Positions 26,601 through 37,400 of a stretch of 64,000 nt of DNA are shown here, piece after piece. A program made the translations under genes and the position numbers. The stretch lies in IMG/VR virus record IMGVR_UViG_3300025617_000009, positions 51,085-115,084 of that record. One strand, 5' to 3'. The notes beneath the pieces were generated by a model, which did not search any database, was not told the DNA's origin, and saw only the letters and a program-made list of their open reading frames with translations. Source of the stretch: a virus. Numbering within the stretch: the first letter of the stretch is position 1; each line of letters opens with the position of its first letter.

Positions 26601-28797
26601 CTACAATTGCAGTGTTTTCTGGAACAATAACAGGACTTACTTCTTTTGTTTCACCAGTTTTAACAAATACAGTCTTTTGTGCAACAAGTTCTGCAGGAAT
26701 ACTATTTGTATTTCCAGCAGTAATAGCATCTGTAACAATGCTTAGTAGATTTGTTACAATGCCTAAAGACTCATTATCTGCAGATATCAAACCGTCTATC
26801 TGCTGTGTAATAGGTGAGCCTACACTGTTAAGTGTTTGATAGTTTGCTGCAGGAGCAAGATTGCTCAATACTGCTGTCATTACTTCTAAAGCATAATCTA
26901 ATGCCGCAACGGTTTCGTCTTCTTGTCCGCTAATATAACTTAGTCCGCCTGAAGTGAAATATTCAAGTGCGGCTTGTCTTGAACGAACATTACCGCCGTG
27001 ACTTAAATCCCATGTAATAGCATCTACAATAATACCTGTATCTCTACGACATTTTTCTTTGTCATAAGTAAATGCTGAAATAAATGGTGCAATATTATTT
27101 GCTATTTGATAATCAACCCACTCAACAACTTCTGCTTGAATAAAACTTCTGTTATGCTCAAGCATGATTTTAGCATTATAATGTGCTGCACCTTTTTCTA
27201 TTTGCTGGCATGCATATCTCACAGACTTAAATGGTCTGTCGATTGTAATACCTCTTCCTGGAGTAGGTTCGTCTGCACCTGTAATAGGTTCTACGTAATA
27301 GACATGGTTAATGTAGCCAAAGTTTGACCATATCGGAGCATCTCCTTCTGGATTAACTTGTAGTACTTGTCCAGGAGCACCGACTGGTAATCTAGTAGGT
27401 CCTGCACCGCCGTAGTAAACTAAATCCCCAGCAGTTGTTAAGTTAGCTGATTCTACACCGCCGCTAACAATATTCCAATATGTTCCTGCAATATCTTGAT
27501 CTGGACGATTATTTCCTACTAACGGGTTTTCATCCGAAGTGTGTTCAAGTATACAAATATAACTGTTAGAGCCATAACTTACAACATCACCTTTATCGTA
27601 GTAAGTTACATCTGTCCATGCATCTTTCCAATATGCACCTTCGTTTAACTTGTCCCAATAAGTTACATTAGGTGGACGATTTCCTGTGGTATCTGCTGTA
27701 GCAATATATGTCCAGCCACCTAAACGTACAACGTCGCCTGTCTTATATGCAGTGCCGTTATCGTAGTCGCCTTGTAGATTAAATCCGGTTACAAATAAAT
27801 CCCAGTCACTGGTATTGTTGTAAGGAATAACATTGATATTGTTTGTAATGGCAATATATGTGTATCCGCCATATGTCACAATGTCGCCTGATTGGTAGCT
27901 AGTTGCTGAATTCCAAGTATCTTCAAACTCGAGCCCAGGTAAGAAAATAGACCAGTTTGATTCATCTTGTCTTAAGTCATCATTAGCACCTGAAGTGTGA
28001 TGTGTCGTACAAATCCAAAGTCCGCCGCCATTTTTAACAACATCGTTGACACGATATCTTGTAGATTGTTGCCAATCGTCTCTATACTGAATGCCTTGAT
28101 GCAAGTAATCCCAGTTTGACTGATTTGCTTCTAAACCTGCACTTTCAGTTGCAGCTGACGTATGTTCTGTATTACAGATATAAATCTGTCCACCGTATTT
28201 AACAACTTCGCTTTGCTTGTAACGAGTGCTAGTCTGCCAATCACCTTGCCATTCTAAACCTTCGCTGAATACTTCCCATTTGTCTGCATTAGCAAGTATA
28301 CCACCTGCTACATCTGCTGCAACATGGCCTTCTAAACAAATATAAGTTTTAGCACCGTACTTAACTACGTCATTTAACTTGTATCTAGTTTCTGCAACCC
28401 ATGCACCTAAGTAATCAAAACCTTCGCAGAATAAATCCCACTTTGGATTAGAACTATCAACACCTAGTTCGTTTTCAAGTCCGCCAATAAAATCATTATC
28501 TGAAGTATGACCGACAGAACAAATATATAGCATACCGCCATACTTAACAATATCGTTTAGACCATAAACTGTTTGAGGAGCCCAATCGCCTTTCCATGTC
28601 ACACCGTCTGACATTTGTTCCCAGCGAGGTTCGTTGGCGTTTAAGTCATCGTTAAATGTTGCACTAGTTGTGTGGCCTATCAAACATATAAATGTTTTGC
28701 CGCCGAATCTTACAACATCATCTTTATAATAAGTACTTGGACCGGTCCATTCACCCTTCCATACAAATCTAATACGCCCTAGTTTAAAGTCAGCCAT
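23698..28797 (-). CDS. Large virion protein (1699 aa) with N-terminal CBM5/12-like Trp repeats and beta-helix-like core
   Basis: About nine WxGxW...YxxxDxVxYGGxxYxCxxxH repeats; YYV...PFKSVRYA; GDELRST; RLTGHDFLDIGTGNF. Paralogue of 28827..33653. Confidence 0.75.
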   Translation of the reverse strand: MADFKLGRIRFVWKGEWTGPSTYYKDDVVRFGGKTFICLIGHTTSATFNDDLNANEPRWEQMSDGVTWKGDWAPQTVYGLNDIVKYGGMLYICSVGHTSDNDFIGGLENELGVDSSNPKWDLFCEGFDYLGAWVAETRYKLNDVVKYGAKTYICLEGHVAADVAGGILANADKWEVFSEGLEWQGDWQTSTRYKQSEVVKYGGQIYICNTEHTSAATESAGLEANQSNWDYLHQGIQYRDDWQQSTRYRVNDVVKNGGGLWICTTHHTSGANDDLRQDESNWSIFLPGLEFEDTWNSATSYQSGDIVTYGGYTYIAITNNINVIPYNNTSDWDLFVTGFNLQGDYDNGTAYKTGDVVRLGGWTYIATADTTGNRPPNVTYWDKLNEGAYWKDAWTDVTYYDKGDVVSYGSNSYICILEHTSDENPLVGNNRPDQDIAGTYWNIVSGGVESANLTTAGDLVYYGGAGPTRLPVGAPGQVLQVNPEGDAPIWSNFGYINHVYYVEPITGADEPTPGRGITIDRPFKSVRYACQQIEKGAAHYNAKIMLEHNRSFIQAEVVEWVDYQIANNIAPFISAFTYDKEKCRRDTGIIVDAITWDLSHGGNVRSRQAALEYFTSGGLSYISGQEDETVAALDYALEVMTAVLSNLAPAANYQTLNSVGSPITQQIDGLISADNESLGIVTNLLSIVTDAITAGNTNSIPAELVAQKTVFVKTGETKEVSPVIVPENTAIVGDELRSTRIGLAGSLVDSADTPYSLQAIGRLRDVISDVVTNTPVTATTTGDEPNTETQVTTRPAGGSNAGTEASDLMQEIYDYIDWAVNGVSGDSTEPQLRGVNNPVTSTDYTYAVETLEANKDFLAAEAVAYVHDQNPGIDYSIDACKRDVKEYIDGIKHDLIYTGNYNSITKAKVYANSVVGSRDKDLFYLRNGTGLRNCTLFNATATLSSPNQYGTSRPLGGAYTSLDPGWGPEHAAVWIKNKSPYVQNVTTFGDACVGCKVDGNLHNGGNDSIVANDFTQILSDGIGYWVTNLGRAELVSVFCYYNHIGYLAENGGKIRATNGNNSYGDFGSVAEGIDETETPVLGVVDNRQLEAQISLAFTDGTDEILQLEYLHAGEGYTTATDAIIAMNPPSAVQDNTRTTGTYKNVSGTSGGSGTGQEFTIVVNEVGGVEIFEITKGGSGHAINDVITFDASEIGGTGSGFTASVSNIGDATRFTISGEGFGAIVNAAQVFDGAVKEVRLTNPSDNFGGEGYVTIASNAQAGNATQITLSATDVRPDDAYNGMAIYLTSGRGAGQYGYITDFNSGNKIATISKMSDGTPGWDHVVDGTTIETFLDTTTAYDIAPRVEFSAPLSGLYADTARGRARVSDDQVVEIRITHPGQGYVTPPTVTITDPNELTAVPHEVRLGDGVLGQPTWTNRGSGFVTASATVVGDGFSDIFQNGTRVRVDGLSDVPLPGSNVEFASIPNTWFKLVTVTSLIGNGPYSAILQVSPEISVSDNLPHDDAITIRRRFSQVRLTGHDFLDIGTGNFTSTNYPNDPLTDPDPNNETNDFGGGRVFYTSTDQDGNFRVGGLFNVEQATGIATLNVEAFNISGLNELQLGSVALGGTGAIITEFSTDGTFAADSDSVVPTQKAIKTYITSQIGGGAATLNVNSLTAGVVQITGQQISTVDGSPLNINTSMTFNAPVDGAPIALQMFLLN

Positions 28798-28818
28798 TTA
28801 AAAAACTCCATTATATAC

Positions 28819-28826
28819 TATTTATT
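28819..28826 (-). promoter_or_regulatory. Late promoter AATAAATA
   Basis: Intergenic consensus match upstream of GGAG and ATG 28797. Confidence 0.6.
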
Positions 28827-31800
28827 CTAATCAAGATATTTGCTATTTCCGTTAAATGTTGGGTCTGATCCTAACACATCATCTAACGGATTAATTGTAT
28901 TACCTGAGCCACTAAAATAAGATTTAAATGCTAGATCTCCTCCAACCGCTCCATTAATTTTAACAGGACTTTGCATTTTAATAGTAATATTAGTAGGAGA
29001 AAATATATTATTACCTGTAATCGAGATTTCACCTGCATTTAGTCTGTTAACTCTAGGATCAGAGCCGCCGCTTGCAAGTCTGCTATCGATATATCCTGCA
29101 ATTGCTTTTTGTGTTGGTACAATATTGTTTGAGTTAGCAGCAAATGTAGGGTCTGTACTAAACTCTCTGACAACTGCGCCTGTACCTCCTAGTACAACTC
29201 CGCCTAGTCTAAGTTCATCGAGACCTCCTAAATCAAAAAATGCTGCGTTAATGCTAATAGTACCAGTAGCCTGTTCTACTTCGAAAAGTTCGCCAACTCG
29301 GAAGTTACCGTCTTGGTCTGTTGAAGTATAAAATACTCGTCCTCCATTATATAACACAGTTTCATTAAATGGTTGCGGCTCATTTACAGACTCGTATCCA
29401 AATACATATAATCCAGGATAGCTAGTATCTTCAAAATTACCTGTTCCGATATCTAGGAAATCGTGACCTGTCAAACGTATTTGACTATATAGTTCTCTAA
29501 TAGTTAATCCAGTTTCATGTGTAGGCGATTCATTTTTACCTAGAGCTGGATTTATTTGTAATGTTAGAGTATAATCGCCTTCTGATCCCGTGACAGAATC
29601 TACTTTTGTTACAAAGTAAATTACATCATCAATTCCGTTGATTCGTATATTTGCTCCAGGTCCTGGAATATTTGTAGAATTTTTTATTTTTAAAGTAGAT
29701 CCTATTTGAAACTGCTCTGCAAATCCGTCACCAGAAATACTTCCTGAAGCTCTTAAATATCCTGTTCCAGGATTTATAATTTTAGGTTGAGGCAATACAT
29801 TATTGTTAACATACACTCTATAAGTTATATCTGACGTATTTTGATTATCGTATACTGTTACAGCAGGCTCTCCTATATAGTTACTACCGGGATCGTGTAT
29901 AAGAATTTTACCAATTCTTCCGCCGCCAACATTTGCTCTAGCTTTAGCTGTAGCACCTGTTTCTATAATTAAACTGTTATCGGTTCCTGATACTACCCAG
30001 GTTGAGTTATTTAGCGCCGCAACACTTGTCCATGCACCTATACCTGTATGTAGTTTTTCTCTCCAAGAATATCCATCTTCTGAAAGTAGTATTCTATCAG
30101 TGCCTGGATCTGCCATTACATATAAACCTTGTTGATAAGCTATTCTTGTATATTGTCCGGTTGGTATTTCTGTTGTTGACCACGTTAATCCGTCATACGA
30201 TATTGCAACAGCACACGGCGTACTGTCAGCACTGCTTTCTATAGCAATAAATTTATCATATGCAAATATAATATGTTTCCAACGTGCTGTAACACCTGTA
30301 TCCACGCTCTGGAATGTAGCTCCGTCATCTGTACTAACAGCAAAAGTTGAAATGCCTGCAGCTGTACTGTCGTCTGCAAACTCTGCAATAGCAACCCATG
30401 TATCGTTACCGTATGCAATACTTGACCAGTTTGCAACAAACGGCATAGTAAAATCTATCCAGTTACTAGCACTTCCAATACTTTTTTGTACAGTATTAGT
30501 AGAATCACCGTTGATCTGTTCACCTACTGCGAACCAGTTACCGTTTCCAAATGCTGCACTTTTGTATGAATATTCTGCAATAGTAGCAGTGTTCCAACTA
30601 CCAATATTACCATAGACCATATCAGTTCCGTTTGCTGGTAATATCACATATTCGCCATTTCCGTATGCAATAGTTCCCCAGTCGGAATTTACACTTAAAG
30701 TATCATTATTCCAATTATTTCCATTTTGACTAGTGTAGACTTGATTTCCTGTTCCAGGAATTGCAACTATATCAGACAAACTACTAGCAATGTCTATTGA
30801 AGAATTTAAGTTAGTAATATTCATACTAAATGGAGGGGGATCTATTACAACTCTAGGTTCAATTAAATATTTTGTAGTGTCGTCAAGTAATGTTGCAATC
30901 GGTCGGCCAGATATATGATCCCAACCTGGCTCACCATTACTTTCTTTTTCTACTTGTAAGATTCTGTTTAAAGGATTATAACTTGCTATTTTGGCATATT
31001 GTCCGAATCCTTTACCTTCTTGAATAAAAATACGCTGTCCGTTATACAGTTCATTTGTGCCTTCATCTGCACCAGATAATGTTATTTGTGTTTCGTTGCC
31101 TGCTTGTGCAGTACCATTAATAGTAGTGTAGTTGTTGCCCCCAATTTGGAAACTATCTTCTTCTGTAATATAAACTTCACTTACGCCTGCGTTTCTAAAT
31201 TCTGAGTATTCAGCTTCAAAATTAGTACTAGTTCCTGTTACCGTTAAAGTGGCATTTGTATAATCTTGACCGCAATGCTCGTAGGAAACTCCAAAGATTC
31301 CGCTACCATTTGAATATAAAGAATTTAATTGTGCTTGTTGTGCCCTATTGTCTATTAATGCTGTTTTAGGAGTTTCAGTTAAATCAAATCCTTCAGCAAC
31401 ACATCCGTACTTACCATATGAATTATTACCGTTTGTTGCACGAACTTTTCCACCGTTAGTTGCAAGATAACCAATATGGCAATAATATGTAAACACAGAT
31501 ACTAGCTCTGATTTACCTTCACCGTTAACCCAATAACCAATTCCATCACTTAAAATTTGTGTAAAGTCGTTAGCTACAATAGATTTATTACCGCCTTCGT
31601 GTAAATCTCCATCTACTTTCATTCCGATACAACCTGTACCAAATGTAGTTACATTTTGTATATACGGGCTTTTCGAACTAATCCATACATCTTCGTCATC
31701 AACTCCAGTTCCTGGATCTAATGAAACATAAGCTCCTGCTGTCGGACGCTGTGTATTATTATCGTTTGGTATATCTAATGTTCCTGTTAATCCTTGTAAA

Positions 31801-33653
31801 GTACAATTTCTTATTCCTGTGGCATTTCTTACATAAAACATATTTTGTGTTTCATATCCCGGGGCAGGTGTTATAACTGTACTACGGAGTTCGTCTCCTG
31901 TTATTGCACAGTTTGCAGGAACAATAATAGGCAGTTGTTCTTGATATACTCCTGTTCTAACAATAATAGTTGCAGGAGCCCTGTTTATTTCGTCTGCTAA
32001 AATGTATTCTGAAGCATATTTGATTGTTCTAAACGGCGATGCAGGAGATGTACCTTTATCTATTTCGTCTACACCGTCTAAACTAACCCAATATACTTTT
32101 TCAGTTTGGTCAAGTGATTCCCACGACAAGGTATAATCGTCTTGAACTTTTAATACTTGTCCTGCTTCTCCTACAGGTAATCTAGTTTCTCCAACAGTAC
32201 TTCCGTCGTCAGTAACGTCATATACTTTTAAGTCGCCTTTATATCTGAGAACATTAGCATCATCGCCGCTGATATATACTTTCCAATAGTTGTTAGCACC
32301 TGTAGTTTCTCTAGTGTCTAACTTAGGTCTTCCTTCAAAAACATTTGCAAAGTGCTGTTGTATACAGATAAACGTTGTACTTTCGTCAGCAACAACATCT
32401 CCTGGAAAGTATTCATAAGGAGTAGAATCATCTAACATTTCCTTCCATTCTGCTCTGTAGAATATACCAGTTACTAATAACTCCCAATAAGGTTGACCAT
32501 TTAATGTTCCTGGAGGAGCATTTTGTATACTACTAACAGTATCTGTTGCAAGATACAAATATCCGTTAACTCTTACTACATCCCCAGTTCGATAATCAGC
32601 AGACGAATCAAACTCCCCTGTAAGATTATACCCTGTAGTTAACAGCGTCCACTGATTCGGATTATTAACTGGTTGAAAATTTTGATTAAAGTCTATACAA
32701 ACATAAGAATACCCGCCGTACTTAACAATATCGCCAGGCTGATAAGTAGAAAATTCATTCCATACATCTTCAAAGTCTAATCCTGGAAGATATATTTCCC
32801 AAGGATCGTCATCGAATGTAGTAGGACTAACATGTCCGTATCTTGCTTTATATAAGGAAGGACCGATTTGTACAACGTCGTTCATTCTATATTTTATATC
32901 AGATGTCCATTCTTGTCTATAACGAATACCTTCTACCACAAGCTCCCATTTTTGAGTTACTTGTCCTGATCCTAGATCGTCTTCTAAACCTTCTTCGTCA
33001 TTGTCTAATGAAGTATGGCCTTCAATACAACGATAAACATTACCGCCATATTTAATAACATCGTTAACTTTATATCTAGTATCGACCGTCCAGTCTCCTA
33101 ACCATGCATCGGTATCGAATAAGACTTGCCACTTTTCTTGGTCAAATTCTAATCCGTTAACAACTGTACTGCTTACATGATAATCTATACAAGTATATAA
33201 GACACCGTTATATTTTATAATATCATTTATTTTATATTCAGTGTCAGGACTCCAACTGCTCAGCCAGTTTGAACCTCTAGCAACAATTTTCCATTTTTCA
33301 ATATCTGCTTCTAGACCTTCTTCGGTAGTTTCAGCAGAAACATGTGGTGCAATACATTGATAAAGTATTCCTCGATATTTGACAATGTCGTTTGCTCTAT
33401 ATTCAAGTTGAGGAACCCATTCTCCTGCCCAGCTAACACCATCTGTCATTAAAACCCAGCGAGGGTCTACATCGCCAAAATCGTTTACATATCCAATATC
33501 TTGATAAAAACTAATAGCACTAGATACGTGAGTTTCCATGGCAACATATGTGTTACCACCAAACTTTACAATATCATCTTTTACATACGGAGTTGAAATA
33601 CTCCATATACCCTTCCAGTTATATCTAATTCTATCAATTTTAAACTGTGCCAT
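28827..33653 (-). CDS. Large virion protein (1608 aa), paralogue of 23698..28797, with inserted BNR/beta-propeller-like repeats
   Basis: Same Trp repeats and core motifs, plus WxxIAYGNxxxV...SxDGxTW repeats at ~30000-30780. Confidence 0.75.
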   Translation of the reverse strand: MAQFKIDRIRYNWKGIWSISTPYVKDDIVKFGGNTYVAMETHVSSAISFYQDIGYVNDFGDVDPRWVLMTDGVSWAGEWVPQLEYRANDIVKYRGILYQCIAPHVSAETTEEGLEADIEKWKIVARGSNWLSSWSPDTEYKINDIIKYNGVLYTCIDYHVSSTVVNGLEFDQEKWQVLFDTDAWLGDWTVDTRYKVNDVIKYGGNVYRCIEGHTSLDNDEEGLEDDLGSGQVTQKWELVVEGIRYRQEWTSDIKYRMNDVVQIGPSLYKARYGHVSPTTFDDDPWEIYLPGLDFEDVWNEFSTYQPGDIVKYGGYSYVCIDFNQNFQPVNNPNQWTLLTTGYNLTGEFDSSADYRTGDVVRVNGYLYLATDTVSSIQNAPPGTLNGQPYWELLVTGIFYRAEWKEMLDDSTPYEYFPGDVVADESTTFICIQQHFANVFEGRPKLDTRETTGANNYWKVYISGDDANVLRYKGDLKVYDVTDDGSTVGETRLPVGEAGQVLKVQDDYTLSWESLDQTEKVYWVSLDGVDEIDKGTSPASPFRTIKYASEYILADEINRAPATIIVRTGVYQEQLPIIVPANCAITGDELRSTVITPAPGYETQNMFYVRNATGIRNCTLQGLTGTLDIPNDNNTQRPTAGAYVSLDPGTGVDDEDVWISSKSPYIQNVTTFGTGCIGMKVDGDLHEGGNKSIVANDFTQILSDGIGYWVNGEGKSELVSVFTYYCHIGYLATNGGKVRATNGNNSYGKYGCVAEGFDLTETPKTALIDNRAQQAQLNSLYSNGSGIFGVSYEHCGQDYTNATLTVTGTSTNFEAEYSEFRNAGVSEVYITEEDSFQIGGNNYTTINGTAQAGNETQITLSGADEGTNELYNGQRIFIQEGKGFGQYAKIASYNPLNRILQVEKESNGEPGWDHISGRPIATLLDDTTKYLIEPRVVIDPPPFSMNITNLNSSIDIASSLSDIVAIPGTGNQVYTSQNGNNWNNDTLSVNSDWGTIAYGNGEYVILPANGTDMVYGNIGSWNTATIAEYSYKSAAFGNGNWFAVGEQINGDSTNTVQKSIGSASNWIDFTMPFVANWSSIAYGNDTWVAIAEFADDSTAAGISTFAVSTDDGATFQSVDTGVTARWKHIIFAYDKFIAIESSADSTPCAVAISYDGLTWSTTEIPTGQYTRIAYQQGLYVMADPGTDRILLSEDGYSWREKLHTGIGAWTSVAALNNSTWVVSGTDNSLIIETGATAKARANVGGGRIGKILIHDPGSNYIGEPAVTVYDNQNTSDITYRVYVNNNVLPQPKIINPGTGYLRASGSISGDGFAEQFQIGSTLKIKNSTNIPGPGANIRINGIDDVIYFVTKVDSVTGSEGDYTLTLQINPALGKNESPTHETGLTIRELYSQIRLTGHDFLDIGTGNFEDTSYPGLYVFGYESVNEPQPFNETVLYNGGRVFYTSTDQDGNFRVGELFEVEQATGTISINAAFFDLGGLDELRLGGVVLGGTGAVVREFSTDPTFAANSNNIVPTQKAIAGYIDSRLASGGSDPRVNRLNAGEISITGNNIFSPTNITIKMQSPVKINGAVGGDLAFKSYFSGSGNTINPLDDVLGSDPTFNGNSKYLD

Positions 33654-33664
33654 TGTTTTTCCTG

Positions 33665-34075
33665 TTAGTATAATCTGTTATCTTCTGTTGTAGAAGTAGC
33701 TTTTTTACGTCTTTCGTCTGTGCTAGTTAGTTCTTCGTGCGTGTAAGGACGATGTCTACGCATAACTAGTTCACCTTCGTCGTTGATATAATATATTGCA
33801 CGAACATTATCCCATCTGTACTGCTCGTGCTCTAAGTTTTTATAACTTAGATCATGATTCTTGTTTCTTCCTTCGAAGTAGTCAATGCCCTCTTCGAACC
33901 CTGGATAATTATTTAAAGGATCACCAGGAGCATTAATAGTTAGTTCTTCATTTGGATCTGTTTGATCTACTACTGTGAGGAATAGCTCGCCATCATCATT
34001 TCTAAATACTCCATAGAAATAACGATTGTCTAAACCGTCGTATAATGTATGTTCGTTACCGATAATATTAGCCAT
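33665..34075 (-). CDS. Hypothetical protein (136 aa)
   Basis: Tightly packed ORF with AAGGA SD in the late operon. Confidence 0.65.
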   Translation of the reverse strand: MANIIGNEHTLYDGLDNRYFYGVFRNDDGELFLTVVDQTDPNEELTINAPGDPLNNYPGFEEGIDYFEGRNKNHDLSYKNLEHEQYRWDNVRAIYYINDEGELVMRRHRPYTHEELTSTDERRKKATSTTEDNRLY

Positions 34076-34085
34076 TGTCTATTCC

Positions 34086-34415
34086 TTATACAATCTCTAC
34101 AAAACTTACTGTGCAATCAACACTGTCGTCCATGTCTGTTACAACTTTAAGAGCATTATCTGCTGGTAGGATAAGTTTTTCTCCTGGCATTAATGCTCGC
34201 AAACTAGAGTTAGGAGTTATTTCAGTGTCCTTAATAAAATAACCTTCAATACTAGTATCGTCTTTTAAAAGTAAACTTGCTCTTACAGGATAAGGTGTAA
34301 GATTTGTAAGTGCAATACCTACAATAGTCACACTGCTTCCAGGTGTAACTGAAAATATTTCTATAGGTTGAGTTCCTACATTTTTAATAATTTTATTTCT
34401 AAAAAAGGTTGCCAT
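34086..34415 (-). CDS. Small (~109 aa) beta-rich virion protein, adaptor family 2
   Basis: IVGIALTN...IKDTEITPNSSL...GEKLILPADNALKV...DCTVSFVEI. Confidence 0.65.
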   Translation of the reverse strand: MATFFRNKIIKNVGTQPIEIFSVTPGSSVTIVGIALTNLTPYPVRASLLLKDDTSIEGYFIKDTEITPNSSLRALMPGEKLILPADNALKVVTDMDDSVDCTVSFVEIV

Positions 34416-34418
34416 ATC

Positions 34419-37400
34419 TTATCCTAGTGCTAACACAATTCCTATTGCTAATTCTTCTGCATCATTTTGGTCTAATCCTGATGCTGCGCCTGCTACACTA
34501 ACAAATGATACTCCGTCAAATACTTCTACACGCTCATCGTCTGTGTTGTAGCGCATCATACCAGTTTCTGCTTCGTTAGCAGGTGGTTTATTTAAGTTAC
34601 TACCAACAGGAATAACAAAACCATTACTACCGTTTATTCTATAATAGCCGCCATTCGGTGCATCAAAAGTTGTAATACTATCTGTTACTACATTACTTAT
34701 CCGATTATTTTCAATGGCAAAATGTCCGATGCGAACTACACCGGTTCCGTTTGCTGATAATACTAAATCTGAATTTGTTGTGATAGTTTCTATTACATTT
34801 GTATCGATGCTAATATCATCTATTTCAACTCTGCTTGTATTAAATCTATTAGCATTGATATCTGCAACTAGATTACCATTTGCATACATTCTAATAGTAT
34901 CGTCATTTGCGCCAGGTGTTAGTTCAGCTGTAATTCTTGTGTCGCCGTCTAAATCAATAACACCTTTACCTAGATCGAGCCAGTTAACACCGTCATAACC
35001 TTCAAATCTGTCTAATTCTGAGTTATAACGCAGCATGCCATTAGCAGCTGTTGGACGTTCTGCTGTTGTACCTGACGGTAACACTACAGCGTCGGTGCTG
35101 TTGAATACAGTTAATCCACTGCCTGGTGTAATAGTAAAGTCGCCAACTGTGGTAATTTCATTTTGGTTAAATGTAAACTCGTCTACAACGATGCCGCCTG
35201 TGCCACTGGCACGTAACTCTAGATTTGAATTACTCTGTGTAGTTGTTATAAAATTATCATCTATTAAAATATCGCCGGTACTAAATGAATTAGCAGTAAT
35301 GCCAGTCACACTTAAAGCTTCAGCAGTAACAGTACCTTGCACAGTTACGTCATTAGAAACAATTAAATCATTGTCAGGTATAACAACTCTACCTGTGCCT
35401 GCGGCACGTAATTCTAAGTCTGCATTTGTAGATGTTGTTGTAATAAAGTTATCATTGACTAAGATTTCTTCAAACTGTAAACTACTGTCAACAGTTAAAA
35501 TACCAGTAACACTTGCATCACCTGTTAGAGTATAAGTACCAGTTTGATTAGTGTCGCCAACGTGTGTTATTGTGCCGGTTACATCTGTATTTGCTAGAGT
35601 AGTTAAACCGTTTACTGTTAGAGATGTTGATACAGTAACATCGTTACTCGGTATAAGGACAACACCATTATTATTTGCGCTAAGTTCTAGATTTGAGTTA
35701 CTCTGTGTTGTTGTAATAAAGTTATCATCTACTAAAATATCACCTGTAGTAAATGAGTTACTAGTTATATCACCTGTGCTTGTAATATCAGCAGTGTTAG
35801 TTGTGCCGTTAACTGTTAGGTTATTTGTTATTGTTACATCGTTACTCGGTATTAAAATCTGCCCTGTTCCGCTAGCACGTAATTCTAAATCTGCATTAGA
35901 TGTAGTTGTTGTAATAAAGTTATCGTCGATTAGTATTTCTTCAAACTGTGCAGAACCAGTAACATCTAAATCACCTGTAACTGTAACATTGCCTGTTACA
36001 GTTGTATCACCTGTTTGATTATAATCACCTGTATGTGTTACAGTTCCTGTGATAGTTGTGTTAGACAGTGTAGTTGAACCACTAACAGTTAAATCGTTGT
36101 CTATTTGTAAATCGTTGTCAGGTAGATATATCCTACCTGTACCGCTGGCACGTAGTTCTAAATCACTGTTTGATGTAACTGTAGTAATAACATTTGTAAA
36201 GATATCTATATCGTCAATGTGTAAGTTATTAGCATACAAGTTTAACCATTGCTCTGTTGGTGTTCCCAGGTCTGGTTCTCCTGCAGGCACAAGATTACTG
36301 ATAATGCTTGCATTAATAAACAAGTCGTCAGTTGCTTCGTCACCTATAACAATATTACCGTTAAGATTAATATTACCAGTAACATCTAAGTTACCCGTGA
36401 TGTTTAAATTGTCATTGATATTAACTACATCACTAGCTGCATCTAAGTTAATATCTCCTGACACTGTACTAATAGTATTTCCGGAAATGTTAAAGTTGCC
36501 TACATCAATGTCTGTAGCAGTGATACTTGTGGTGTTGCCATTATTAGTAACAATCAAACCATTGATTGCTTCTACACTTACATCTGCATTTGCAAATGTA
36601 ACTGTACCAGTTTCTTGGCTTACAAAAAATTGATCACCTACTCTAAAATCGCCTTTATGATCCACAGAGTTGTAACGAATAATAGCGTTATTAAGATCTA
36701 CAACTTCATTGGCTTGGTTAACTGTAGTTGGATCATTTGTAACTTCCTTGCCATTACCAATATATGCTAGATTATGTCCAACAGCATACATAAGAACACC
36801 AGGACCGTCGCCATATAATCCATAGTTACCGTAAACACTTGCACTTGCAATAAGTCTTATTTCTGCACCAAAATCTCTTAAATCGTAATGTAATATTTCT
36901 GTTGCTGTTGCAGTGCCGTCTGTAATACTTTGTGGCGTTGTATCAAAACCTACTAAGCTGTCAAAGTATCCGTCAATGGTGATAACATCGCCATTTACAC
37001 TTTCTATAGTTGCTGTATATTCTGTAGAACTGTCAGTTGACGTAAATGTAATAGTGTTACCAGGTGTAAAAGGTCCGCTAGTTCCGCCTAGTTTAATTCT
37101 AGTCTTGCCGTCATTATATTTTCCAGCAACACCGTCAACTGCATAAATGCCACGATTTGCAAAATACGAGAAAGAGTTTAACCATTCTATTCTAACACCG
37201 TTTGTAGCAGTTAATGCATCAACACCAGGAGTGATAAACGTTACTGAATGGAAAAGCATTGATGCTTCTTTGCTGGCACTGCCTACTACACTACCGTCTA
37301 CGAGTGCACCTTTACCTGCATCACCTTGATTAAATCCTCTTGGATCACTTGCGTTTGTAACTGAACCTTGTGTGATTACTGAAATATTTCTAATGTATGG

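Noticed and set aside
35200-36220. Regularly recurring DNA repeats resembling a CRISPR array
   Set aside because: They are degenerate in-frame coding repeats (IDDNFITTT...LELRA) with long coding spacers, and no cas genes are present.
34714-37329. Series of plus-strand ORFs opposite the fibre gene, and similar ones elsewhere
   Set aside because: Antisense frames kept open by codon bias of the real minus-strand genes; no SDs or promoters.
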